From: Minisyncoccota bacterium
GTDB lineage: Bacteria; Patescibacteriota; Minisyncoccia; Phycocordibacterales; Phycocordibacteraceae
Reading direction: 5' to 3'
Assembly: GCA_041658485.1 (NCBI GenBank)
Contig: JBBAAE010000004.1
Coordinates: 1-58,174 of the forward strand
Length of the DNA: 58,174 nucleotides
The notes under the pieces were generated by a model. The model searched no databases and was not told where the DNA came from. It saw only the letters and a program-made list of their open reading frames with translations. Positions 1-8,842 of the stretch are shown here, piece after piece. Numbering within the stretch: position 1 is the first letter of the stretch; each line of letters opens with the position of its first letter. A program made the position numbers and the translations under genes.

Positions 1-192
1 GTTGAGAAAGCGTATGCAATTCAAGCAGGTCGTGAGGTGCGCATCTTCGTGAAGCCAGAAGAAATTTCTGACCTCCAAGCTCACGATTTGGCTCGCAACA
101 TCGCCATGCGTGTTGAAAATGAAATGCACTACCCTGGTGAAGTGAAAATTAATGTCATCCGAGAGACTCGGACAATAGAGTTTGCACACTAA
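1..192 (+). CDS. rny: Ribonuclease Y, C-terminal fragment (gene starts before the window)
   Basis: Frame +1 reads [24 protein letters not shown]...[17 protein letters not shown]..., the typical RNase Y C-terminus; TAA at 190-192. Confidence 0.9.
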   Translation, partial: VEKAYAIQAGREVRIFVKPEEISDLQAHDLARNIAMRVENEMHYPGEVKINVIRETRTIEFAH

Positions 193-204
193 TATTGGAG
201 CGAG

Positions 205-240
205 AACTAAAAAACGCCCCGAATGGGGCGTTTTTTAGTT
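205..240. terminator. Bidirectional intrinsic terminator
   Basis: Perfect 16-bp inverted repeat AACTAAAAAACGCCCC-gaat-GGGGCGTTTTTTAGTT directly after rny, with T-runs on both strands. Confidence 0.85.
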
Positions 241-242
241 TC

Positions 243-422
243 CTAACCTAATGCCTCTCTCAGAATATCCTGAATTGCTACAGGAAGTCTTCCTCTCCTC
301 TTTCCTACTTGAGTAGAATGCGCAGATCTCTCGGGCATACCATCTGAAGCAGTCAAATCTGCATCAAGGCGATCTCTAACCTCTCTCTGTGATAAACCTG
401 CGTCCAGTATTCTTTCGTTCAT
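243..422 (-). CDS. Small hypothetical protein (59 aa, MNERILDAGLSQREVRDRL...)
   Basis: Hand-translated ATG-TAG ORF below the track cut-off; converges on the rny terminator. Confidence 0.35.
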   Translation of the reverse strand: MNERILDAGLSQREVRDRLDADLTASDGMPERSAHSTQVGKRRGRLPVAIQDILREALG

Positions 423-551
423 AATGAATACTATACATTGCTATATTAAAAGGTCAACTTTCCGATTAGGTATTGCATGAAAAAAGCCTATGTATATAAT
501 GTTTTAACGCCCTTTAGAAAATAATGGCGATTAGCCACTAGTTTATATTTC

Positions 552-824
552 ATGAATAAAGCAGATCTCGCAGGAAAAGTTCACGATATGCTCGGCGGTA
601 CTAAGACACAGTCTGAGGCTGTTGTTGAAACCGTAGTTGATTCTATTATTGCTGCCCTTAAGAAAGGCGACGAAGTATCAATCGCAGGATTGGGTATCTT
701 CTCAACAAAGATGCGTCCAGCTAGAACTGGTCGCAATCCTCGCACAGGCGAGAGCATCAAGGTTCCTTCTATGCGCGTACCAAAATTCCGCGCAGCAAAA
801 GGTCTTAAGGATGCGGTGAAGTAA
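552..824 (+). CDS. hup: DNA-binding protein HU
   Basis: MNKADL...GDEVSIAGLGIFS...RPARTGRNPRTGE, the HU/IHF signature. Confidence 0.95.
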   Translation: MNKADLAGKVHDMLGGTKTQSEAVVETVVDSIIAALKKGDEVSIAGLGIFSTKMRPARTGRNPRTGESIKVPSMRVPKFRAAKGLKDAVK

Positions 825-865
825 CAGCCAGCGTATAGCTTCTAGCTGATAGCTTTTAGCTTTTG

Positions 866-895
866 AGGCGACGCTTCGTCGGATCCGAAGGGATC
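866..895 (+). repeat. 30-bp double-hairpin dispersed repeat, copy 1
   Basis: AGGCGACGCTTCGTCGGATCCGAAGGGATC; related copies at 13742, 37526, 37568 and 41071 (reverse). Confidence 0.8.
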
Positions 896-913
896 ATAGG
901 AGAAACTTCCTAC

Positions 914-944
914 ATTAAAACCCCGCCATTGGCGGGGTTTTAAT
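914..944. terminator. Bidirectional intrinsic terminator
   Basis: ATTAAAACCCCGCC-att-GGCGGGGTTTTAAT between the convergent hup and 991-1203 ORFs. Confidence 0.8.
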
Positions 945-990
945 TAGATCAACCACGAGAGTGGATGACCGTTCTCCAACTTTTTTGATT

Positions 991-1203
991 TTAGTGCTTA
1001 GTAGGCTCGTAGTCGGGGATACTCTCCATAAACTTAAGTGCTCTTTCAGCACCTCCTTTTTCAAACAGCCCACCCATCATCCCATCAAGTGCTTGAAGTT
1101 CTGGTGACTTAGGATAGGGTCGTGGACGACCCATCAACGCTCTAAATTCTTCACCTGACATCGGGGTACTTCCTGGAACCCCGTGATAGCTTCTTTCAGA
1201 CAT
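991..1203 (-). CDS. Small hypothetical protein (70 aa)
   Basis: ATG-started ORF with an AT-rich upstream region, ending near the terminator; no recognisable family. Confidence 0.5.
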   Translation of the reverse strand: MSERSYHGVPGSTPMSGEEFRALMGRPRPYPKSPELQALDGMMGGLFEKGGAERALKFMESIPDYEPTKH

Positions 1204-1364
1204 ACGTATTACATTAGAAATTAATATTTTAAATGTGGGAGGTTGATCTCACCTCTGCTTTCGCACTATATATAAATAGTCATAGATTGTCAAGCTCCCG
1301 TAATATCCCAATACCTTGGAAACACCTGCCTGATTAGTGACTACTTCAACACCGATGACATATA

Positions 1365-1393
1365 CTAAACCCCCGTCAATGGAGGGGGTTTAG
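1365..1393 (-). terminator. Probable terminator of the tRNA-Gly transcript
   Basis: CTAAACCCCC-N9-GGGGGTTTAG hairpin just past the duplicated tRNA 3' end. Confidence 0.55.
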
Positions 1394-1400
1394 ATTTTAG

Positions 1401-1747
1401 AGTGCGGGATAAGGGAATCGGCGTCAGCTCACTAAACTCGCGGACTCGTTAAGTGTGGCAAAGCCTCACGGCACGATTTTCTAATCGCCTGCCCGGGCTC
1501 GACCTTCGATTCTTTCGCTCCGCCTTTCGATTCCCTTATCCCGCTAGAAAATATAATCGCCAGACACTTCCGTGTCTGGCTCATTATTTTTGTGCATTGA
1601 AATCGGCTACAACTCTCACCTCACCCATGTTCGACTCGGTCGCAGCCCCCGCTCGCGGTTTCTTGAAACAAGAAACATCGCTCCGCGCTTCGATTCCCTA
1701 CGAAGCACCCATTTGCGTACTTCTAATCCCTTCTTCGTTTCACTCAG
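1401..1747 (-). repeat. tRNA-Gly 3'-associated structured element(s)
   Basis: 20-bp direct repeat of the tRNA 3' end (1401-1420 = 1746-1765); inverted T-arm copies at 1526-1544 and 1689-1699; modules shared with 10725-10941. Confidence 0.7.
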
Positions 1748-1818
1748 TGCGGGATAAGGGAATCGAACCCTTGCTATCAGTTTGGAAAACTGATGTTCTA
1801 CCATTAAACTAATCCCGC
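1748..1818 (-). tRNA. tRNA-Gly(TCC)
   Basis: Reverse complement GCGGGATTAGTTTAATGGTAGAACATCAGT-TTTCCAA-ACTGATAGCAAGGGTTCGATTCCCTTATCCCGCA folds as a cloverleaf with anticodon TCC. Confidence 0.93.
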
Positions 1819-1893
1819 GTAGAGTGTACTCTAGCAAAATATGATCTGTTTTGAAAGCTAGACGCTAGCCCCTAAACGCTATACGCTAGTTGA

Positions 1894-3051
1894 ATGTTCG
1901 CTTTCCTTCGTACACTCTTGTTTGCACTCGCAGGACTCGCATTTGCCATAATAGCTGGCCTATCGACTGCCCCTGCTCATGTTTCAATTTCACAAGAAAG
2001 TACAACAACGAGTCCACAAAATTCATTCCCAACTATCTCAACTAGCACTCTTGCCGATATTATCAATGGCAACACAAAAGTGACAGAGAGTAGTGCCAGT
2101 GAAATTAGTCCAGCAAAAAAACTAGCTACCACCACACCCAAACAAACGACTACCCCAAAAACTACCACCGCGGTTATCGCACCACCTGTAAAAGAGCCAG
2201 TAAACCAAATAGCACTCAATGACAAAGTCCGCGGAGCCATTGTTAACATCATTTGCGTCACAAAAAACGCAGGACCTTTAAATTCTATTTCTGCCAGCGG
2301 TGTCATTATCGACCCAAGAGGCACCATCATTACAAACTCCCATGTTGGACAGTACCTTCTGCTTAAAGACTACCCAAGTGCAGGTTTCATAGAGTGCACC
2401 ATCCGAACAGGGAGTCCCGCGCAACCCAAATACACAGCAGAGCTCCTTTTTCTTCCTCCTTCGTGGATTGCTGACAACGCATCAAAAATAAATCAATCAA
2501 AACCAACAGGAAACGGGGAGCATGATTATGCATTCTTGCGCATCACAGGAACGGTGCACCCAAACATCACCCTACCTACAGCGTTTTCGTTTCTCTCAAT
2601 ATCTATTAGTCCACCCGAAGAAGGGCAAACCCTCATTGCCGCAGGCTACCCTGCGGGATTTTTAGGAGGTATCACGGTACAAAAAGATCTCTATGCGAGC
2701 TCGGCAATAACGCATGTCGGGGAGTTATTTACTTTCAAAACAGATACTATTGATCTTTTTTCTTTAGGAGGTTCCATCATTGCTCAACAAGGAGCATCTG
2801 GGGGTGCCACAGTAGATGAAAATGGTGCGCTTATGGGAATTATCGTAACCGCTACCGATGCCCCCGATACAGCATCCCGTGATTTGCGTGCCATCACCAC
2901 ACCCTACATCATTCGAGATTTCAAAAAAGAGTCTGGCGTAGCTATTGATACCTACCTTAATTCTGATACCGCGATTCAAGCGCAAACCTTTGCCAACACC
3001 GTAGCTCCTACACTCACCACACAACTTATAAAAGCTATAGAAAACCGTTAG
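1894..3051 (+). CDS. Secreted or membrane-anchored trypsin-like (S1) serine protease with a Thr-rich linker and no PDZ domain
   Basis: N-terminal hydrophobic helix; triad motifs ITNSHV, HDYAFLRI and QGASGG. Confidence 0.8.
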   Translation: MFAFLRTLLFALAGLAFAIIAGLSTAPAHVSISQESTTTSPQNSFPTISTSTLADIINGNTKVTESSASEISPAKKLATTTPKQTTTPKTTTAVIAPPVKEPVNQIALNDKVRGAIVNIICVTKNAGPLNSISASGVIIDPRGTIITNSHVGQYLLLKDYPSAGFIECTIRTGSPAQPKYTAELLFLPPSWIADNASKINQSKPTGNGEHDYAFLRITGTVHPNITLPTAFSFLSISISPPEEGQTLIAAGYPAGFLGGITVQKDLYASSAITHVGELFTFKTDTIDLFSLGGSIIAQQGASGGATVDENGALMGIIVTATDAPDTASRDLRAITTPYIIRDFKKESGVAIDTYLNSDTAIQAQTFANTVAPTLTTQLIKAIENR

Positions 3052-3174
3052 AAATCTACCCTCCGAAGAAGCAACAGGTCTTTGATATCGCACCCGCCCT
3101 CAGCTCAACATCATCTGCCCCCAACCTAACCCTATTACCGCCCAACTTGACTTCATATACATCTCTCTGCTACA

Positions 3175-3208
3175 GTATGTATCACTGTAGTACTACAGTG
3201 ATACATAC
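3175..3208. promoter_or_regulatory. Palindromic operator 1, upstream of the YerC/TrpR-like gene
   Basis: 34-bp perfect palindrome GTATGTATCACTGTAGT|ACTACAGTGATACATAC overlapping a candidate promoter (TTGACT 3147-3152, TGcTACAGT 3168-3176) and ending 1 nt before ATG 3210. Confidence 0.8.
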
Positions 3209-3209
3209 C

Positions 3210-3533
3210 ATGAATAGAGTGAACACAAAAAACAAAGCCTCCGCAAAAACCTCAGGTTCGAAGCAAAACCTAGGAGCTTTATATGATGCCTTCCTTTCGC
3301 TTAAAAACCGAGAGGAGTGTTCTGCATTCATGCGCGATCTTTGCACACAGGCAGAACTAGACGCATTTGCTGAGCGTTTTGCTATAGCTCGCCTACTTAC
3401 TAAAGACGTCTCATACCGCAACGCAGCAGACGAAACAGGTGCATCGACTACGACAGTGAGTCGTGTTTCCCATTGGCTCCACCATGGACGGGGCGGGTAC
3501 AGCACCATCATTTCTCGATTGCATAAAAAATAA
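3210..3533 (+). CDS. YerC/YecD TrpR-like repressor (HisR-like)
   Basis: LYDAFLSLKNREECSAFMRDLCTQAELDAFAERFAIARLL...SYRNAADETGASTTTVSRVSHWL, the YerC/YecD pattern. Start moved from TTG 3147 (which is the -35 box) to ATG 3210. Confidence 0.88.
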   Translation: MNRVNTKNKASAKTSGSKQNLGALYDAFLSLKNREECSAFMRDLCTQAELDAFAERFAIARLLTKDVSYRNAADETGASTTTVSRVSHWLHHGRGGYSTIISRLHKK

Positions 3534-3575
3534 TCTGACTATCCTCAGACGCAAAGAAAGAAAAATGCCATGCAC

Positions 3576-3598
3576 ACCGCCCCAAATAGGCGGTTTTT
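3576..3598 (+). terminator. Intrinsic terminator after the repressor gene
   Basis: ACCGCC-ccaaata-GGCGGT followed by TTTT. Confidence 0.6.
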
Positions 3599-3638
3599 AC
3601 TTTAAAAAATCACAATATCGCCCCCCCCTCCTCCTCAC

Positions 3639-3670
3639 TATGTATCACTGTAGTACTACAGTGATACATA
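3639..3670. promoter_or_regulatory. Palindromic operator 2, upstream of hisG
   Basis: 32-bp perfect palindrome TATGTATCACTGTAGTACTACAGTGATACATA, identical to the core of operator 1. Confidence 0.8.
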
Positions 3671-3728
3671 AAAGAGCAAAAAACAGAAAGACGGAAGCCG
3701 AAAAATAAAAACCATAACAATAAAAACT

Positions 3729-4580
3729 ATGAATGAAACACTAAAAAGGCCACGGCCAGATGCTTCACGCACAATGCGCGTGATTCCTGGTTCAAGAGCC
3801 GACAGACTCAACTGGCAACAAGAAGAGGCAGATCGTGCCCGCTACACACCAAGAATCCTTCCACCTGAACCCGAGGCGATTCTTGAGTACTATCAGCAAA
3901 GAAAAGCGGGGCGCGAGAGAGCCGAAAAAATCATCACCGAAATGGCTCAATCGGGGCAGGAGGTACGCATTGCAATACAAAAAAATGGACGGCTCTCAGC
4001 TATTGCATGGGGGCTCCTTGAAGCATGTCTAGAAGCAGCTGGAGTTCCGGTTACTGAAAAAGAGCGTCAGTTACAGCGAAAAAACAAAGCACTCGTATAT
4101 GAGATACCGACACTGCCTAATGTAAAGGTAGTATCCGCACGACAAAGCGATATTGCTTGGTATGTCGAAAGCGGAAACGCAGACATTGGAATCATCGGGG
4201 AGGACGAGGTACTTGAGAAAAAATCTAACGTTGAGATTGTGGCACGCCTAGGTTTGGGAGAATGTTCACTCGCCATTGCGGTGCCTGAGGGTTCTCAAAT
4301 TGCAACACTCAAAGACCTGAATGGTAAAACCATTGCCACATCCTTGCCATCAATTCTTAAAAAATACCTCAAAGAAAAAGGGGTGAAACCAAAAAGCATT
4401 ATAAAACTTGGCGGCTCTGTCGAAGCTGCAACAGCACTTGGCTTTGCAGATGCTGTGTGCGATATCACGGAAACTGGAAGCTCATTTGTGGCAAACGGGC
4501 TTACCGAACTTGAAACGGTTCGTGATTTTGAGGCAGTGGTCATAACTGCCAAAAAACCAAAAGTGAAATCAAAACGTTAA
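3729..4580 (+). CDS. hisG: ATP phosphoribosyltransferase with a ~75-aa N-terminal extension and no C-terminal regulatory domain
   Basis: RIAIQKNGRLS, DIAWYVESGNADIGIIGED, GSVEAATALGFADAVCDITETGSS; ends about 10 aa after the catalytic core. Confidence 0.92.
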   Translation: MNETLKRPRPDASRTMRVIPGSRADRLNWQQEEADRARYTPRILPPEPEAILEYYQQRKAGRERAEKIITEMAQSGQEVRIAIQKNGRLSAIAWGLLEACLEAAGVPVTEKERQLQRKNKALVYEIPTLPNVKVVSARQSDIAWYVESGNADIGIIGEDEVLEKKSNVEIVARLGLGECSLAIAVPEGSQIATLKDLNGKTIATSLPSILKKYLKEKGVKPKSIIKLGGSVEAATALGFADAVCDITETGSSFVANGLTELETVRDFEAVVITAKKPKVKSKR

Positions 4581-4584
4581 AAAT

Positions 4585-5274
4585 ATGGAATCTAAAGAAC
4601 TGGTCAGGAAGATGGACTGGGAGAAAGTAAACGGTCTCGTGCCAGCAATTATTCAGGATGCAAAAAACGGCTTGGTGCTCATGCTTGGATATATGAACGA
4701 AGAAGCACTGACACGAACTGTAAACACTGGCTCGGTGTGGTTTTACAGCCGTACCAGAAAAACCTTATGGAAGAAAGGTGAAACGTCGGGCAATGTGCTC
4801 TCCGTCGAAGATATACGTGTGGACTGCGACAACGACACCATCCTCATAAAAGCTCGCCCCACTGGACCCGTGTGTCACACGGGAGATACAACCTGCTTCA
4901 AAGAAGAAGCAACAAGAAACGAGCTCTCGCTACTTTTCGGAGTACTCGAACAACGCAAACGAGATTTACCAAAAGACTCCTATACTACAAAGCTTTTTGA
5001 AGCAGGACTCGACAGAATTGCACTCAAAGTTGCTGAAGAGTCACTTGAAGTAATTCAAGCTGCTACTAAAGAAACACGCGAAAGAACAATAGAGGAAACG
5101 GCTGACCTCCTCTATCACCTTTTTGTTCTTTTGGTTCAAAAAAATATAACCCTGCAGGACGTAGAAAAAGAACTTCAAAAGCGTGCTGGGAGAAAGCCCC
5201 GTGAAGACAAGATTTCAATTCCTATCGTAGCAGATTTTCAACCTGCACGTACCACAGATACTTCTACTCAGTAA
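4585..5274 (+). CDS. hisIE: Bifunctional phosphoribosyl-AMP cyclohydrolase / phosphoribosyl-ATP pyrophosphatase
   Basis: FYSRTRKTLWKKGETSGN...DCDNDT...GPVCHTG (HisI) fused to KVAEESLEV...ETADLLYHL (HisE). Confidence 0.95.
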   Translation: MESKELVRKMDWEKVNGLVPAIIQDAKNGLVLMLGYMNEEALTRTVNTGSVWFYSRTRKTLWKKGETSGNVLSVEDIRVDCDNDTILIKARPTGPVCHTGDTTCFKEEATRNELSLLFGVLEQRKRDLPKDSYTTKLFEAGLDRIALKVAEESLEVIQAATKETRERTIEETADLLYHLFVLLVQKNITLQDVEKELQKRAGRKPREDKISIPIVADFQPARTTDTSTQ

Positions 5275-5292
5275 AAAATAACCAACACTACC

Positions 5293-5430
5293 ATGAAAGA
5301 AAAGAACAACCCTCCGTGGCCATACAAAGAAAATGGGCAAGCATTTATTGGCGAAGGCCGTGGTGCACCAGAGGCAAAAATAAAACCGAAATCAGAAGAA
5401 AAAATGACATCCGAAAAACCAAAAAGGTGA
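5293..5430 (+). CDS. Possible 45-aa peptide (MKEKNNPPWPYKENGQAF...)
   Basis: Hand-translated ORF that fills the hisIE-guaA gap exactly. Confidence 0.3.
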   Translation: MKEKNNPPWPYKENGQAFIGEGRGAPEAKIKPKSEEKMTSEKPKR

Positions 5431-5431
5431 A

Positions 5432-6961
5432 CTACTCGTACTCAATAGTTGCGGGAGGTTTCTGAGTAACATCATACAAAACACGATTCACACCGCGCAC
5501 CTTCCCTACAATCGCGCTTGAAATCTTCTCCAAAAGTTCGTGTGGCATTTTGTGCCAATCAGCGCTCATACCATCAATAGAATCAACGGCGCGAAGCGCA
5601 ATAATGTATTCATAGGTGCGAGCGTCTCCCATGACGCCAACTACTTTGAGGGGTAAAAGTGCTGCAAACGATTGCCAAATCTTCTCGTACTCCCCTGCCT
5701 CTTTAAGTTCTGCAGTAAAAACAGCATCTGCTTCACGCAAAATTGCGAGGCGTTCAGGTGTAATTTCACCAACGATACGAATCGCAAGTCCTGGACCAGG
5801 AAACGGATGACGCCAGACTAGCCCGTGCGGTAAGCCTAACTCTTCTCCAACACGACGCACTTCATCTTTATAGAGATCCTTCACTGGTTCAACTATTTTC
5901 AATTTCATTCGCTCGGGTAGTGTGAGGTTATGATGACTTTTTATTTTAGATGCATGCTTGGATGTTGACGCAGATTCGACGCGATCGGGATAAATAGTTC
6001 CCTGTGCAAGGTACGCAATTGGAAATGCTTTTAATTCTTCGGTCAATGCTTTTTCAAACACTTCTACGAACGAATGGCCAATGATTTTTCGTTTTTCTTC
6101 TGGCTCAGTAACTCCTACCAAGCGTGACAAAAACATTTCGCTCGCATCAATAACATGGAGATTTTTAAACCCTTGCGAACGCAGAGACTTAGAAACGCTT
6201 TCTACCTCCCCTTTGCGAAGTAAGCCTGTATCAACAAATACTGCGTGCAAACGATTCCCGATCGCTTTGTAGAGGAGAGTGGCGGCAACGAGTGAATCTA
6301 CACCTCCAGAAATTCCGACAACCACATGCCCATCGCCTATTTCTTTTTTTAAGTCTGCGATAATATTTTTCGCAACAGATTTCATGTCCCAATCTTTCTT
6401 AGCTTTGCAGATACCAAAGATAAAATTCGATATTATTTTTTTACCATGAACTGTGTGCGTTACTTCCGGATGAAATTGAATACCAAAGAATCGGCGTTTC
6501 TCGTCAGCAAATCCAGCATGTGCACAGGTTTTTGTGGAAGCGGTCACCACAAAGCCTTTTGGCAATTTTGTTGCTTGATCACCGTGCGAAAACCATACAA
6601 CCTCTTTCGCTACAAGCCCTTTAAGAATGCCTGTTTTCTTTTTTATTGAAACAACTTCTTTCCCAAACTCTTTATTCTCTTTATTTTGTACTTTTCCACC
6701 TAAAAGATGCGCCATTAACTGATGCCCATAACAAATACCGAGGATAGGGACACCGAGCTCAAATACTCGTTTGTCTGGTAGAGGACCATTTTCCAGCACT
6801 GAATGAGGGCTTCCTGAGAGAATGATGCCAACGGGGTTCAAAGCCTGAATCTCCTCTATTGTTGCGTCTCCATGCAAAATCTCGGCCTTCACGCCGAGAT
6901 CACGAACCCTTCTTGCAATAAGGTGAGCAAACTGTCCTCCAAAATTGAGAACTACAATCAT
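5432..6961 (-). CDS. guaA: Glutamine-hydrolysing GMP synthase
   Basis: FGGQFAHLIARRVR, GICYGHQ, QFHPEV, SGGVDS, RHPFPGPGLAIR, KPPATIEYE. Confidence 0.97.
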   Translation of the reverse strand: MIVVLNFGGQFAHLIARRVRDLGVKAEILHGDATIEEIQALNPVGIILSGSPHSVLENGPLPDKRVFELGVPILGICYGHQLMAHLLGGKVQNKENKEFGKEVVSIKKKTGILKGLVAKEVVWFSHGDQATKLPKGFVVTASTKTCAHAGFADEKRRFFGIQFHPEVTHTVHGKKIISNFIFGICKAKKDWDMKSVAKNIIADLKKEIGDGHVVVGISGGVDSLVAATLLYKAIGNRLHAVFVDTGLLRKGEVESVSKSLRSQGFKNLHVIDASEMFLSRLVGVTEPEEKRKIIGHSFVEVFEKALTEELKAFPIAYLAQGTIYPDRVESASTSKHASKIKSHHNLTLPERMKLKIVEPVKDLYKDEVRRVGEELGLPHGLVWRHPFPGPGLAIRIVGEITPERLAILREADAVFTAELKEAGEYEKIWQSFAALLPLKVVGVMGDARTYEYIIALRAVDSIDGMSADWHKMPHELLEKISSAIVGKVRGVNRVLYDVTQKPPATIEYE

Positions 6962-7050
6962 GCTTCATTTTACCTCAGCCTAGAAGTTTTTTCAAATTTT
7001 TTATAATCACATCGTTCCTCAATATAATTGTAAAAAGAGCTCTACATCTC

Positions 7051-8313
7051 TTAAAGTCCTATATTGACGCTACCGTTTCCACTACCTCCAACGTTCACAG
7101 CACCACCTGTATTCGCCTCTATGTGCACACCCGTTGGAACCTCTGTTTTGATTTCAATTGGAAGTATCTCTCTAGACTTTGGCGGAGTATTCATATCAGT
7201 ATCTGCTTCCGTACCTTTGCTCGTACCATCATGAGCACCCTCGGAAGAAGAATCTTTTACTGGATCGGCAATTTTTATATTTACTCCGCCAGAAGCACCG
7301 AGATAGACCGCGAGTTTCTTCATGGTGACTAAGGCATCCTGGTACGCATGGAATGCGCCAGTAAAATCACTCGTCTTGAAAAGCGTATCGCCTTTCGCTG
7401 AAAGTTCTGTCGCGGCTTTAATTTGAGCTTGTGCGTTAACAATAGCGGATGCTTCGAGCTTTCTATTTGCACGTGCGAGAAGATCTTCTGTATCTTTAAT
7501 GGCCGTTTTCACAGCCCTGCCCATTGCAAACGCAGTATCCGCTTTAACTCGAGTGTCTACTTTCACGGACTCTGAGACGCCAGAAGCTTTGCGAGCAGTG
7601 ACTTTCGTCGCAGAGCGAGCGCTTACTTCAGCATCGCCTTCTGCATCCATACGAAGCTTTGAAATCAAGAGCGCTTTCGCACGTACAACGGTGCGTAAAG
7701 CTCCCGTGTCTCCTTTTGAATCCGCAAGAAGCTCCTCATGAGCAACAAGATTACTTTCAAAATTTGATGCAAACCCTATAGCAATAGCTGCGTCTTTCTT
7801 TTCTAATTCTTTTGTATATTCCACAGCTGAATCAGCGTGGGTAGAAAAATCACTTGAGAGCTCGGCGCTCACATCAGCGGTAAGTTTATCTTCCGCAGCA
7901 AGATTTGTAGCCTCTAGAAGACGACGCTCTGCAAGCTTTGCTTGGAGTTTAGCTTTAGACTCTGGGGACAATGCTAATGCGCCTCCAACTTTCTCATTGA
8001 CGCTCACTTTTACTGGGTAAAGTAAATCGCCCGGCATAGAACCTTCTGCGGCGTACGATGCGGTTCCTGAAAGAAGGAGCCCTAAAACAATTGCGATAGG
8101 AATATATTTTCTCTTTGAGTGCATAAAAAATAAACCTGAAAAGAAATTTTCTTTCGCCCCCGTACGGCGTTTATCCTGAGCCGACTCTGCAACCCGTAGT
8201 GGCTTCATTGCCTTATACTCCATCAACACACCCTCAAGCTTCTCTCGCTCCAATGTTGAAAGCGATGTAGCATCACCAACTTTTTTTATGTAATCAATGA
8301 GATTAATTTTCAT
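7051..8313 (-). CDS. DUF5667-domain single-pass membrane protein, putative anti-sigma partner
   Basis: A TM helix followed by SMPGDLLYPVK...NE...AERRLLEA; lies 7 nt downstream of the ECF sigma. Start moved to ATG 8313. Confidence 0.7.
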   Translation of the reverse strand: MKINLIDYIKKVGDATSLSTLEREKLEGVLMEYKAMKPLRVAESAQDKRRTGAKENFFSGLFFMHSKRKYIPIAIVLGLLLSGTASYAAEGSMPGDLLYPVKVSVNEKVGGALALSPESKAKLQAKLAERRLLEATNLAAEDKLTADVSAELSSDFSTHADSAVEYTKELEKKDAAIAIGFASNFESNLVAHEELLADSKGDTGALRTVVRAKALLISKLRMDAEGDAEVSARSATKVTARKASGVSESVKVDTRVKADTAFAMGRAVKTAIKDTEDLLARANRKLEASAIVNAQAQIKAATELSAKGDTLFKTSDFTGAFHAYQDALVTMKKLAVYLGASGGVNIKIADPVKDSSSEGAHDGTSKGTEADTDMNTPPKSREILPIEIKTEVPTGVHIEANTGGAVNVGGSGNGSVNIGL

Positions 8314-8320
8314 ATACAAG

Positions 8321-8842
8321 TTATGAGAGCATAGTGCGAAGTTTGATAATGGCACGATGAAGTCTGACTGATACTGTATTTTCTGTTTCACCCGTCATCT
8401 GTGAAATTTCCTTTGGAGAAAATCCGTCTATGTAGCGCATCGTTACGACTGAACAATACTCAGGTGAAAGATTCGTGAGCTGTTCCCGCACCTTCACTAC
8501 AAGCGCTTCTTCATCAATGTGCTCTTCCGTTTCCCACACACTACCCTCAGCCATGTCTGCATCTATATGTGCCCGACGCTCATCACTCATACCATCAAGC
8601 GACTCTGCTTTTTTGCGACGGTACTCGTCAATGATGAGGTTGTGCATAATGCGGTACAAAAATCCCTTAAACTGTTTTACTTCTCCACCGCCACGAAGAT
8701 AATCCCATGCCTTGATAAAAGTATCTTGCGTAAGATCGAGAGCCTTCTCTCTAGAGCTCACCCTAAAGAAGGCGTGTCGAAAAAGTCCGTCATAGTGCTC
8801 ACGGAATACCGCCAGAAAAGCCTCTTCAGTACTTCCCTTCAT
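8321..8842 (-). CDS. ECF RNA polymerase sigma-70 factor
   Basis: Region 2 (LDLTQDTFIKAW...FLYRIMHNLIIDEYR) and region 4 (EISQMTGETENTVSVRLHRA). Confidence 0.9.
   Translation of the reverse strand: MKGSTEEAFLAVFREHYDGLFRHAFFRVSSREKALDLTQDTFIKAWDYLRGGGEVKQFKGFLYRIMHNLIIDEYRRKKAESLDGMSDERRAHIDADMAEGSVWETEEHIDEEALVVKVREQLTNLSPEYCSVVTMRYIDGFSPKEISQMTGETENTVSVRLHRAIIKLRTMLS

Noticed and set aside
1453-1837. ORFs 1453-1812, 1572-1757 and 1616-1837, and similarly 10607-10942, 10651-10887 and 11891-12204
   Set aside because: They overlap tRNA genes and their structured tails; shadow ORFs.
3175-3670. CRISPR array suggested by two identical ~32-bp palindromes
   Set aside because: Only two copies, ~430 bp apart with a gene between them, each at a promoter position; no cas genes.
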